The notes: generated by a model from the letters alone, not told the origin. Shown: positions 11,677-24,385, counted from the first letter of the whole stretch. The stretch: DNA of 63,479 nt, filler included, from Octopus bimaculoides (GCF_001194135.2; 7 parts of 7 records of this genome joined end to end with filler, not necessarily neighbours in it); one strand, 5' to 3'. Numbers and translations are program-made.

Positions 11677-12048
11677 TGTTGTTGGCACTCCGTCGCTTAC
11701 AACGTCGAGGGTTCCAGTTAATCCAATGAACGGAACAGCCTGCTCGTGAAATTAACATGCAAGTGGCTGAGCACTCCACAGACACATGTACCCTTAACGT
11801 AGTTCTCGGGGATATTCAGCATGACACAGTGTGACAAGGCTGAACCTTTGAATTACAGGTAGAGCAGAAACAGGAAGTAAGAATGAGAGAAAGTTGTGGT
11901 TAAAGAGTACAGCAGGGTTCGCCACCATCCCCTGCCGGAGCCTCAGGGGTTTTCGCTCAATAAACACTCACAACGCCCGGTCTGGAAATCGAAACCGCGA
12001 TTCTATGTCCGCGAGTCCGCTGCCCTGACCACTGGGCCATTCCACCTC
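11677..12048 (-). mobile_element. tRNA-derived SINE, family C
   Basis: Reverse strand starts gaggtggaatggcccagtggtcagggcagcggactcgc with A box TGGCCCAGTGG and B-box-like GGTTTCGATT, followed by a non-tRNA body. Confidence 0.8.
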
Positions 12049-12727
12049 TACTAGAATAGGGTAGAATAGGGTATATACAACTCCAGAAAATTCAAATAAG
12101 CAAACAAATAGATTGAAATAACATATGCTAATCCATATTACAAATATAAATGAATTAACTGATGAATTTTTGAGAATCAGTTTAAAACTCTGGATTTAAA
12201 CATCGTGCATGTTTATAAAAGGTGATTCTGTACGTTTGTAAAATATTAGCTTTGATATCCAACATTTTTTTAATTAACTTTCCTTTATTGGCATTAGAGT
12301 TAAATTAATTTGGGATATATTTTCAAACGACGCAAATAAATTTCCTTCATTTATAATTGTGTTTTTGACCAGATTTCTGCACATGATCTAATACATGAAT
12401 GACAAACAATGTTATCATTTGCTTATTTCCCATCACATAAATTCACTTGCTGTATGATATCCAATTTAACAGTACTGTAATATTTCAGCATTTTCTGCAT
12501 CAATTAATATTTTCATTTCAAATAATTCCCGTAATATATATTCATTTCATATTTACAAAACAATGTTTTCTAAATGTTCTTTTGTTACACAGTTAAATTT
12601 TCAGTATTAACAAAAAAAAATTTTAAAAATTAAAAATAAATTGAACAATAAAATTAAATGTTTCATATGCGTAATTTTATTTGTAATCTTGTTACAGTGG
12701 ATTACTTGGATGATGGTGATTTTTCAT

Positions 12728-12832
12728 AGTTATAATAATATCAACAATGATAACAGTAATAATAATAGCAATTATAATAATAATAGCAATAATAATAATA
12801 GTAACAATAATAGCAATAATAATAATAATAAC

Positions 12833-12873
<41 letters not shown>

Positions 12874-12946
12874 TGATGATAGTAGTAATAATAGCAATAA
12901 TAGTAATAGTAATAATTTTAGCAATGATAATGATAATAATAATAAT

Positions 12947-12988
<42 letters not shown>

Positions 12989-13007
12989 AATAATAATAAT
13001 AATAATA
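12728..13007. repeat. (AAT)n/(AAC)n compound microsatellite
   Basis: Directly visible. Confidence 0.95.
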
Positions 13008-14025
13008 GTGGAAGTTATTGACTGGAATACTCACAGAGTCAATGTATGAACATCTGGAAAAGAATGGAGTCCTGCCACTTGAACAGAAGTGTTGCAAGCG
13101 TAAGTGCAGAGGTACCAAGGATCAACTCCTGATAGACAAAAGCTGTACTTAGAGACTGCAAGAGGAGGAAAAGTAACTTAGCCATGTCATGGATCGACTA
13201 TTGTAAGGTGTGTGATATGATCCCACATTCTTAGATTATGGAGTGTATGAACCTAGTTGGTATTGCATCGAATGTTGAGCGATTGCTTGGAAAAAGTGTA
13301 ACAAATTGGAGGACGGACCTGACAGCATATAAAAGAAGTTTAGGGACAGTAGAAATTAGGAGGGGCATCTTCCAAGGGGAATGCCTGTCCCCACTGATCT
13401 TGTACTGTGCTTGATACCACTAACACTGATTCTGAGGAAAGCAAAAGCTGGGCATGCATTCAAAAGCCACTAACAAAAAGTCAACCATTTGTTATTCATG
13501 GATGACCTCAAACTTTATGGTAAAGGTGAAGCCCAAGTCAGTTCCTTCATTATTGATATCAGAATGGAGTTCAGACTGAGAAAGTGTGGTGTGTTAGTGT
13601 TGAAGAGAGGCAAAATCAAATGTATGGACGGACGAACGATACCGTCGGGGGAGGTTATGAAGCAGATAGAAGAGACGGGCTATAAGTACTTGAGGATTTT
13701 GGAAATGGATAATTTGATGGAGAAAGAACTGACAGAAAAATTTAAGGTGGAGTACTTGAGCAGACTGAGACTGACCCTTAAGTCGAAATTAAACGGACGG
13801 AATAAGATCGAAGCTATCAACTCCTGGGTGGTTTCATTCCTTAGATATGGAGCAGGGGTAATCGCATGGACAGTAGACGAACTAAATAGCTTAGACAGAA
13901 AGACAAGGAAGTTGCTAACTAGATATTGGTCACTCTACCCAAAAAGTGGCACAGACAGACTGTATGTACTAAGAAAAAGAGTGGGAAGAGGACTTACTGG
14001 ATGCGAACACAGCATTAGAGCAGTA
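13008..14025 (+). mobile_element. R4/Dong-like (REL-endonuclease) non-LTR retrotransposon, reverse transcriptase fragment
   Basis: [16 protein letters not shown]...[10 protein letters not shown]..., NHLLFMDDLKLY, YKYLRILE, DRKTRKLL, DRLYVLRKRVGRGL; frameshifts and stops; abuts (TAA)n. Confidence 0.85.
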
Positions 14026-14595
14026 GAAAACAAGACATTTGTACTACAGAGCAAGAGCCAGTTTCAGCCAGGTTGATATCGAAAGGATTAAGAATTGTTT
14101 CTCTATTATATATTAACCCTTTCGCTACTGTATTTATTTTGAGATACTCTGTGTTTCTTTCAATTAATTTTAAATATAACTAAGAATTTAGTAAAATAAC
14201 TTAGTTACCATTAAGCTAGCATTAGGAGAATAAATTGCGACTAAGGATTAGTAGAATATTTTAATTCAAAATTTATGAAAACAAGACATTTGTACTCAGA
14301 GCCAGTTTCAGAGGTAGTTTCAGCTTGGTTGGTATCAAAAGGGTTAAGAATTGTTTTTCTATTATATATTAAACCTTTCGTTATTGTATTTATTTTGAGA
14401 TGCTCTGTTTCTTTCAATTAATTTTAAATATAACAAAGAATTTAGTAAAATAACTTGGTTAGCATTAAGCTAGTGTTAGGAACATAAATTGTGACTAAGG
14501 TTTGGTGGAAGATTTTAGTTCAGAACTTATGAAAACAAGACATTTGTACTCATAACCTTAGGTAGTTTCAGCCAAGTTGGTGATGAAAGGGTTAA
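14026..14595. mobile_element. Tandem piggyBac-type MITEs (one partial and two full copies)
   Basis: TTAA-CCCTTTCG...AAAGGG-TTAA termini at 14113-14347 and 14369-14595; partial 3' copy at 14026-14091; near-identical 21-bp spacer between copies. Confidence 0.8.
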
Positions 14596-15799
14596 TCAAA
14601 GAAAGAAGAAAACCACGACCCTTTATAGAATCTCTTGTATCATCAAACTGAGACTAAGGAGGGAGAAAGCATGAACTTTGGATTGCTGCAGCAGGAAATA
14701 ACAAAGTGACAAATTTTCATCAAACTAAGGACCCTCTTTGGATGTCTCTCTTGATAACAGTATCAAAATTTCGTACATAAGTGTAGAAAATTGTATAACC
14801 CATTATAACTGAAAGGATCGTTATTCCAATACTCCGGGTTAGATGATTCTGATCATTCACCTGCTACTCTGAGCCTGCATCGCCTTAAAATATCTGTTGT
14901 TTGAATATATCATGAAATATTGTATGAAAGTTATGTTTTTATGGTATTTTTTTCTTAAAAAAGATGTCCTTGAACGAGACTTGCAAAAAACACTGTTTGA
15001 AGCTCACATTTTCATTTTGTTTCTAGCTCTCTCGAGAATGCACCAAACATCTTAAACTTCATACAAGCATTGTCACTAATAACTTTTCTCATGATATTAC
15101 GTTGTTGTAAAAATGATGTTCTTGAAGTAATATTTTTAAAACAACGCATGCATTTCTATCCATTTGCACATGTGTGTAACATTTTTTGCATGCATCTGCA
15201 TGTATATGTAAATCTATAGACTTACATACATACACATGTACATAAACACACACACACACACACACACCTACATATGTACATACATACATGCATGCACATA
15301 TTCATATTATATATATATATATAAATATGTATGTATGTATGTATANNNNNNNNNNNNNNNNNNNNNNNNNNNNNNNNNNNNNNNNNNNNTTAATTAATTA
15401 ANNNNNNNNNNNNNNNNNNNNNNNNNNNNNNNNNNNNNNNNNNNNCTGTTTATAATTGTTTTCCATCGAAGTCTCTTTTCGAAAAACTATTTCTCAAAAT
15501 ATCGTTTATAACACACATTTCACTCATTTTGAAAAAAGTAACACACATGTAAGCATCTGCGTAAATTGTAAGTGATTTAAAAAAAAAAAAAAACCGGAAA
15601 AATAACATTAGTGAAATTAAATATTTTTGTTTTCAGAACACTCCAAAAATATAATAATGCAAACAGATGTTTTGGATAAAAAATTCAAACTTACAGCCAG
15701 GCTGTTCCAAGAATTATGGCTAATTATAGCAGTTCTTGAGAACTGCTCTAGTTCCGGTCAAAAAGTAGAACTAGCTTAGCAACAATTCTACACTAACAA

Positions 15800-16620
15800 A
15801 GAGATAGGGAGGTGGGGTCATGCTATTATCACAAAGCATGACTTCCTTTGATAAATTTGTGGAATCACTGACGGAGAGGAAGGGGGCACAAAATATATAT
15901 GCTATCGGTCTTAGCATATCTTTTGACAGGTCACTAAGAGAGAGAGAGAGAGAGGTAGGAAGGACAAACTAACATAGATAGTACTAGTCACTGAGAGAGA
16001 GGAAGGGGAGACAGAATATTTCGAAAACAACTGGACGAATTTTTCTTTGCACGAAAGTAACTATTTTATCTAATTTTCCGATGATATGGATAAAAATAAC
16101 AGAACATGCAGTGCATAGCTTGCATGCCTGACAGTGCACGCCCCTGCTGGAGATACACCTAAAGACAATCACAGTTTGGGGGAACTTGATTTTCATGTGG
16201 GACATTAAATGGATTGTAAGCAAGCTGCCTGCTGTTCTGAATGTTATGCAACTGATCCTGGCAGAAATTCTTTTCATCTGAAAAGAACCAGATGATTTCC
16301 AGCTCAACAGGATGCCGCAGCTTGTTCAGAAGCAAATTTGCCTTTGTCAAGAAGTTCCCCTTGGCTTGGCTGTCAGAATTTGTCCCTTGTGCCTCTTGAA
16401 CAAGTGGTAGCGAATATCATGGTGGTGACTACAACATCCATCTCTCTTGCCAAAGCCCAGATTCCTTGCTCAGATCTTCTATCATCTTGTCCTACAATTG
16501 TTGGATGAATTCCAGCATGCAGACAAATGATGTCTGCATTTTTGTACCCAGTGTGAATCCTCATAATACTGGTAACTCTTTTCTGTTGATATTATTCAAC
16601 ATGTGGGTTTCAGTCAGCTA
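15800..16620 (-). mobile_element. Tc1/mariner (maT/Bmmar-like) transposase pseudogene
   Basis: ALAREMDV..., KANLLLNKLRHP...WFFSDEKNFCQDQLHN, KFPQTVIVFRCISSRG across several frames. Confidence 0.85.
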
Positions 16621-16669
16621 ACTTTTTCTCTACAACTTTAATCGTTATGCTCTCTAATGTCCAAGCTGT

Positions 16670-16812
16670 AAAGTGGTTGATGTTAGGAAGGGCATCCAGC
16701 CATTAAAAACTATGCCAAAGTAGACCTTGAAGAAGTTGTTGGACACATCAGTTCCTGTCAAAGCACCCAACCCATGCCAGCATGAAACATGAATGTTAAA
16801 TGATGATGATAA
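16670..16812 (+). mobile_element. RTE-type 3' tail fragment
   Basis: gttaggaagggcatccagc...ccaacccatgccagcatg...gttaaatgatgatgat matches the tail at 19370-19510. Confidence 0.65.
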
Positions 16813-16850
16813 TATGAAGATATAGATTCATATCTATCAACCTATCTATC

Positions 16851-16889
<39 letters not shown>

Positions 16890-16899
16890 NNNNNNNNNN

Positions 16900-16945
<46 letters not shown>

Positions 16946-17278
16946 GTCAGGTCGCTCTTGAGCACTACTGGTAACATGTAACCCAGTACAACTTTTTACA
17001 TGGTTGGGTCATCGACAACCAAACTGGCAATCCCACCAAGCTTACTTGGTGAGAAGAGTGACTGTTGGATACCCTGCAGGACAAAAAATAAGACCCATCA
17101 AAGGACAGAAGAGCTTAACGGTCATCCAACATTATGTGTAGTCAATGGTCATCCAACATTATGTGTACATAGGTGTGTATGAATATGTATATATGTGTAT
17201 ATATATATTTATATGTATCTTTATATATCTTTTTATATATCTTTTTATATATTTATATATTTATATATATATATTATT

Positions 17279-19510
17279 GACAAAATAGAGGGGGATGTAG
17301 CTTCACACAATGTAGAAGACAACTGGACGTTTCTACAGGACAACCTGCTGAGGGCCACTGACCACAGTCCCCTCTCGACTGAAAATAACGTGGTGGTGGA
17401 ACAATGTTGTTGACAGGGCTATTAGGGAAAAGAAACAGGCCTGGAAGGACTGGAAGAACGGTGGTAGCAGGGAATTGTATCAGACTGCCAGAAGGGAAGC
17501 TAGGCGACAGGTTTATTTAGCCAGAGGGGAAGCAGATAAGAAAAAGTTTGCCAACGTTCTGCGCTGTGAGGACCAAAGACTTGAAGTATTTCGTGTTGCA
17601 AGACAGTGTGTGAGAGAGAATCATGATGTCGTNNNNNNNNNNNNNNNNNNNNNNNNNNNNNNNNNNNNNNNNNNNNNNNNNNNNNNNNNNNNNNNNNNNN
17701 NNNNNNNNNNNNNNNNNNNNNNNNNNNNNNNNNNNNNNNNNNNNNNNNNNNNNNNNNNNNNNNNNNNNNNNNNNNNNNNNNNNNNNNNNNNNNNNNNNNN
17801 NNNNNNNNNNNNNNNNNNNNNNNNNNNNNNNNNNNNNNNNNNNNNNNNNNNNNNNNNNNNNNNNNNNNNNNNNNNNNNNNNNNNNNNNNNNNNNNNNNNN
17901 NNNNNNNNNNNNNNNNNNNNNNNNNNNNNNNNNNNNNNNNNNNNNNNNNNNNNNNNNNNNNNNNNNNNNNNNNNNNNNNNNNNNNNNNNNNNNNNNNNNN
18001 NNNNNNNNNNNNNNNNNNNNNNNNNNNNNNNNNNNNNNNNNNNNNNNNNNNNNNNNNNNNNNNNNNNNNNNNNNNNNNNNNNNNNNNNNNNNNNNNNNNN
18101 NNNNNNNNNNNNNNNNNNNNNNNNNNNNNNNNNNNNNNNNNNNNNNNNNNNNNNNNNNNNNNNNNNNNNNNNNNNNNNNNNNNNNNNNNNNNNNNNNNNN
18201 NNNNNNNNNNNNNNNNNNNNNNNNNNNNNNNNNNNNNNNNNNNNNNNNNNNNNNNNNNNNNNNNNNNNNNNNNNNNNNNNNNNNNNNNNNNNNNNNNNNN
18301 NNNNNNNNNNNNNNNNNNNNNNNNNNNNNNNNNNNNNNNNNNNNNNNNNNNNNNNNNNNNNNNNNNNNNNNNNNNNNNNNNNNNNNNNNNNNNNNNNNNN
18401 NNNNNNNNNNNNNNNNNNNNNNNNNNNNNNNNNNNNNNNNNNNNNNNNNNNNNNNNNNNNNNNNNNNNNNNNNNGGCCCTGCTCGATCTGTAGAAAAGGC
18501 ATAGGTAGAAACTCTATAAGATGCACCCAGTGCAAGCTATGGACACATAAGAGGTGCAGCAATATCAAAGGAAGGTTAACTAGGAAGTTAGTTTTTGTAT
18601 GTAGCAGATATTCAGAAGCTATAAACACTGTAAATGTGCAGAAAACAACTTCTGCCACATTCCAGGGAGAAAAACTAAAAGTGGTTGATAGCTTCCGTTA
18701 TCTAGGTGACCAAGTTAGTAGTGGGGGAGGGTGCGCTGAAAGTGTAGCTGATAGAATAAGAATAGCCTGGGCAAAATTCAGAGAGCTCTTACCTCTGCTG
18801 GTGACAAAGGGTCTCTCTCTCAGAGGAAAAGCAGACTATGGCGCATGTGTACGAACAGCCATGCTTCATGGCAGTGAAACATGGGCCGTGATTTCTGAAG
18901 ATATGCGTAGGCTCGCAAGGAATGAAGCCAGTATGCTCCCGATGGATGTGCAAGCCAAGTGAGACCTAAATCCAAGGCCTCTGCCAGGAGTGTAGCCAGC
19001 CCATTTATGCATTCCTTTCCTTCATTGGACACTAAACTCCGCTTGCGAAGACCTATTGAGGTAAGTGAAATCAAAATCGAACTAAATTCGACAACTGGCA
19101 CCCATGCCAATGTCATCTCCTTCATTGGACACGAAACTCAGCTTGCGAAGACCTGTTGGGGCAAGCGAAAGTGAAATTGTGATGGCACTTGTGCCCGTGG
19201 CATGTGTAAGGACTTTCGAGCGAGATCGTTGCCAGCGCCGCTGGACTGGCTCTTGTGCGGGTGGTACGTAAAATACACCATTTTGAGCGTGGCCGTTGCC
19301 AGTACCGCCTGACTGGCCTTCGTGCCAGTGGTACATAAAAGCACCCACTACACTCTCTGAGTGGTTGGCGTTAGGAAGGGCATCCAGCTGCAGAAACTCT
19401 GCCAAATCAGATTGGAGCCTGGTGTAGCCATCTGGTTTCACCAGTCCTCAGTCAAATCGTCCAACCTAGCATGGAAAGCGGACGTTAAACGATGATGATG
19501 ATGATGATGA
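17279..19510 (+). mobile_element. RTE/RTEX-like LINE (ORF2 fragments, internal gap, PHD-like insert, 3' UTR, (GAT)n tail)
   Basis: WKDWKNGGSRELYQTARREARRQV...; PCSICRKGIGRNSIRCTQCKLWTHKRC; VDSFRYLGD; AMLHGSETW; ends gcggacgttaaacgatgatgat. Confidence 0.88.
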
Positions 19511-19650
19511 TATTTATACATTTTTAATTTTTTTAATTTTATTTACATTCTTAATTTTGAATTTATTTATATATTTTGTATTTAAAAAAAAATTTCAAAT
19601 TTTATATCTTTTTTTTATGTGTACATATGTATACATTTTTTCTGTGTGTG

Positions 19651-22600
19651 GGGGGTAGCTGAGGCTCATTAGCCGTGGTGAAGGCAACTCTTCTAGGAGA
19701 AGGACAAAACCAGGCCATAGTAATGACAGTCCCTTAATTGGCTGCTCTATCAAAGCCATGACTTTTGATGGGGACAGACTGGGCTCCTATTTTGAAACAA
19801 AGCCGTGATTAGGACAACCAGTATAGGAGTATAAAACTCTGAATTCAAATTGACTTACCACTGCTGGCTTTTGAGGAAAAGCCTAGAAGGTTCTGATATA
19901 AAACCTGCAGTCAACATAATACTAGTCATCTTGCTTTGCTTGTCACTGGAATCTACTATTTTAACCCAAAGAGTGGCAAAAGTATTGTACAAGCATTTGT
20001 CACTGAAATCCAGTGAAGTACAGATGTCCCCGACAAAACACCATCATTGTGCAATCATCACTTTTCAAAAGTCCTATGGCGATAGAGGCATAGCGATGTA
20101 TGCAGACTTGACCGGTTGGAAACATACAGTTACAAATCTGCACATAAGACAGCAGAGTTCTTATCTTAACATCGGTGGAGAATCTTGTGTCTGAGCAGCC
20201 CGCTCACCTGGAGATACTGGGAAGGTACTAGAAAAGGTGCACTAAAAATTGTCTGTCCTTTCTCTGCTGGTTAGTTTACTGCAGTTAATGGTGGTTCAAT
20301 TTAGCAGGAATGAACAAAATATTGATATAAATAATGATAACAAGTATGCAAGGAATAAAGTTTCTCTTAATCTGGCCTGCTGGAATGTAAGAACCCTCTT
20401 GCATTGAGCAGATAGGCTTGAAAGAAAAACAGCTAAAGTAACTAAGGAGCTATAGGAACTAAGCAGCTAGTAGTTCAGATGAAGATCATCTTGCCAAAAG
20501 AGCAATAGGTTTCACATTATTCTGGGTTGGGAGGCCAAAGGGAAAGAAAAGGGAAGGTGACATTGGGTTTGCAATTAGAAGTGATTTACTCAAAGACCTA
20601 GAACAACCACAAAGCATAAATACACGCATAATGAAACTCCGGATCCCTCTTTCTTGTGGACATTTTGTAATTGTTTTCTCTATTTATGCTCCTACACTTT
20701 CAGCTAGTGAGGAAAATATCCATGCATTTTATGAGGAGCTTAGAGGAAGTATTCTGTCAGTCCTTTTAAATGAGAGGTTGGTTGTGCTTGGTGACTTTAA
20801 TGCACGTGTTGGTAGAGACTATGGTACTTGGAATGTACTTGGGCGTTATGGAATAGGAAAGGTGAACAACAATGGATTGTATCTGCTACAAATGTGTTCT
20901 GAGTTAGGGCTGGTTGTAGGGAATACTTTCTTTCATCAAAAGTTGAAGCATAAAGTTACCTGGGTTTACCCAAGATCAAAGCAAGGTCACATGATTGACG
21001 TGTATTAACTTAGAGTATTGCAAGGTGCTGATTGTGATACTGATCACAAAATGGTTAGGGCCAGGTTCAAGTTGAGGGTCCACAAGAAAATTTGTAGTGC
21101 ATGAGTGCCAAAGAGAATTGATGTAGAGCAGCTAAAACAACCAGATGTTTTGCAGTTATTTCAGGAAAGATGCAGCAATGTTCATTTTGAAGGCTCATGG
21201 CAATCTTTTCAGGATGGAATATATAAAATGGGATCAGAGATGTTAGGTTTTAAGAGGAGGCAGCACCAAGACTGGTTTTGATTCCAATGTTACAGTGATA
21301 AACGAGCTTTTAGCAACAAAGAGGTCCACTCATGAAAAGCTTCTTGACTCAAATGTTAAGAACAAAGTGCAACTAGAAAAGTTGTACAAGTTTCAGATAG
21401 CAGACTTGCCAAAAGAACTCAAGAGGCTTAAAGACACTTGGTGAGAAATTTGTCTGAGGAAGTACAGGAAAGACATTAAAAAGTTTCTATAGTTTATTGC
21501 GGCAAGCTTTTGGACCACAATCTTCATCATCACATGTTCCCTTGAAGTCGAAAGATGGAAATGAGGTTATTAAAGATCCTCCTGCAATAATGAATAGATG
21601 GAGTGAACACTTTGCAGAACTTTTCCACAAAATGTCTGTAGTGAGCATGAGTATCAGAAACAACATTCTGCAAAGAGAGAGAGTGCAATATATGAACGAT
21701 ACACCGTCTATTGAAGAAGTAAATCTGGCATCATGTAAACTGAGATTAGGTAAAGCTCCTGGGTTGGATGGTATTCCAGTTGAAATTCTGAAAGCAGGTG
21801 AGGATCGTATTTCATCTGAAATCCATAGCCTGATAACTTGAGTTTGGAATGAATTTTTTATGCCAAAAGAATGGATAAATGACATTCTAACCTCCATATA
21901 CAAGGGTAAGGGCCCAAAAGCAATGTGTGGTAATTCTAGGGGGATATTTCTCCTGGCACATACCAGGAAGATACTTTCAAGGATCATGTTAGACCGTCTT
22001 GAGAATATGTGTCCACAGGTGATTCCTGAAGAGCAGTGTGGTTTCAGACCTGAACGAGGAACAATGGACATAATATTTTCTGAGGCAGGTTCAGAAATGC
22101 TTAGAGGAACAAATGCCACTATACCAGTTCTTCATCGATTTAACTAAGGTATTTGACACAATAAACAGGCACTGTGGATTGTTTTGTGTAAACTTGGTCG
22201 CCCAACACATTTTGGGAGCATTTTTAAGGAACTACACAGAAATATGAAAGCTCAGGTAGTCTTTAATGGTGAGCTATCTCATGAATTTTCAGTGGACAAA
22301 GGTGTCAAACGGGGAGATATTCCTGCCCCTACATTTTTCTCTATTCATTTTGCTGCATTCCTTTGGTATGCTTTCAAGGATTGCAACAGGGTAATCGAAA
22401 TCAGATTTCAGACATCTGGTCGCATTTTTAATTTAGCCAGATTTAACTACAAAGCAAAGACTTTCAAAACACTTGTTAGAGAATTACTTTATGCTGATTT
22501 GTTGGCATACTAAGAAAGGGATATGTAACATATAATGGACAGATTTTCCACTGCATGTGTACATTTCGGATTAATAATTAGTCTGGAGAAAACCAAATGT

Positions 22601-23690
22601 TTACTCCCGCACCAGCACAAGCATATTCTGAACTAAACATTTTTGTGAATGGTACAAGGTTAGAAGTTGTTGACACCTCTGATTACCATGAAAGCACACT
22701 GTCAAGAGATGGTGGTCTTGATGCAGAGATATACTATCGAATAGGGAAGTGCTGCATTTGGAAAGCTTGAAAAGCGAGTATGGGTGGAAAGAGGTATTTC
22801 TCTGCAGACAAAAATCAATGTCTATAGAGCATGTATATTGACTGCATTTCTTTATTCAAGTGAGACATGGACCACTAAGTGTCATATAAAAATGCCAGAG
22901 AGATTTCATCAAGAATGCTTCATACATATCTTAGGAGTCAAGTGGAAATGTTTCACACCAGAGACAGTTTTGCACATGGGACATTGTAGCTCAATCAAAC
23001 ATGTTATCTTGGCTCAAATGAGATGGACTGGACATGTTATTAGAATAAAGGACAAGTGATTGCCAAAGCATTTTTTTTATGGTGAGCTCAACTCTGGTAA
23101 GCGACCACAACATAAGCCAAAGAAAAGGTATAAAGACTGTGTGAAGGAAAACCTGAAGAAACTAGATATGAACAAAAGAGATTGGGAAAATGATGTTCTA
23201 GATCAGAACAAGTGAGGACTGGTTGCAATGCTTGGGAAGAAAAGATGATTCAGCACTCTGAGCTTAAAAGGGCCAGTCGCAAAGGAACAATTAGAACTGT
23301 AATCAACAGTGAACATTGGATATGTATTATATGTGATTGTTCTCTTGAATACGTGAATCATATGAAGTTACATGAAAATCAAAATGCCCAGGTAGTTAAT
23401 AATCTTGGACACCAACTGCCTCTTACAACTTGTGTCATACGTCACAAAACTTGTAAGACTGGACTTAAAAGGCATATGCTAGTTCACAAAAACATTCCTT
23501 CAGAATTAGATTCCAAAGGGAAAAGATATAGAAGAAACTCAAATATCTGTCACTTATGTTTTAAACCGTCAGTCAGCAGCTGGTCTTAAAAATCATCTGA
23601 AGGCTCATCAATGGAGTGATTGTGCTGTGCGATGGGGGGGGGGGTAATGAGATGGCTATCATCTGTCAAGATGAAGCAGTCATCATCATA
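19651..23690 (+). mobile_element. Near full-length RTE-BovB-like LINE (5' UTR, APE endonuclease, RT, C-terminal C2H2 fingers), decayed
   Basis: LACWNVRTLL, IYAPTL, VLGDFNARVG, GKAPGLDG, EQCGFRPERGT, GVKRGDIPAP, ELLYAD, LYSSETWT, RWTGHV, then three C2H2-like motifs; ends gcagtcatcatcat. Confidence 0.92.
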
Positions 23691-24240
23691 TACACACACA
23701 CACGCACACTGGGTGCTCAGCCTAAACTTGATTTTTTTATGTCTCCTTTTTTTTCAGAAACATTGGAGAGCATAAACATTAATGTTGTGATTGAGAAACA
23801 GTTAGTTGACATGGAGGACTGGAAGCCATCTAAATATTGGAGATTTATCTGTATCATGCCAAGTATCAAAATGCCAACCTCATGACTGCTGCTCAATGCT
23901 CTATGGAAACTGCAAAGGCATGGATATCATAAAGACGAAATTCCCTCAAACTGTGGTGGCCAAACTAGTCACAGGTCGAAGGCCTGTGAATTTTATATAC
24001 GTCAAAGACTTTTCCATTCTTCCCTGTTTGTTGTTTACTCACTTGCCTTCGTCTTTTGCTTTCTGTAAGTTATGAGGAAACAAAGCCTGTTTAATGAATT
24101 TTCAGAAACTCTCCTCCCCACCTCCGGAAACAAATTTTTAAAAACAAATCCCGATATAATCAGAATCTATACCATCTGAAATATATTTGTTAAAAATTTC
24201 ATTAAAAAATATCCACACACATATATATAAAATTGTGTTA

Positions 24241-24385
24241 AGGTGCGTGCCTAGTAGTTAGGGGTGTTGCACTTACGATCGCTAGTTAGTGGTTTCGATT
24301 GCCGTGCCGAGCGATGCGTTGTTTTCTTGGGCAAAACCTGAACACTTGCACATCGTTCTTGATGGAAGATTCGACCAGACTATCA
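24241..24385 (+). mobile_element. tRNA-derived SINE head, decayed
   Basis: aaggtgcgtgcctagtagttaggggtgttgcac...gtggtttcgattgcc...cttgggcaa. Confidence 0.6.

Noticed and set aside
17475-18962. Longest ORFs in the track (300-495 aa, also 34723-36221 and 53995-55152)
   Set aside because: Length comes from translated N runs; the real residues are LINE fragments.
19082-19441. Repeated ORF MKPDGYTRLQSDLAEFLQL... (also at 34723)
   Set aside because: Antisense translation of a LINE 3' UTR; recurrence reflects copy number, not a gene family.
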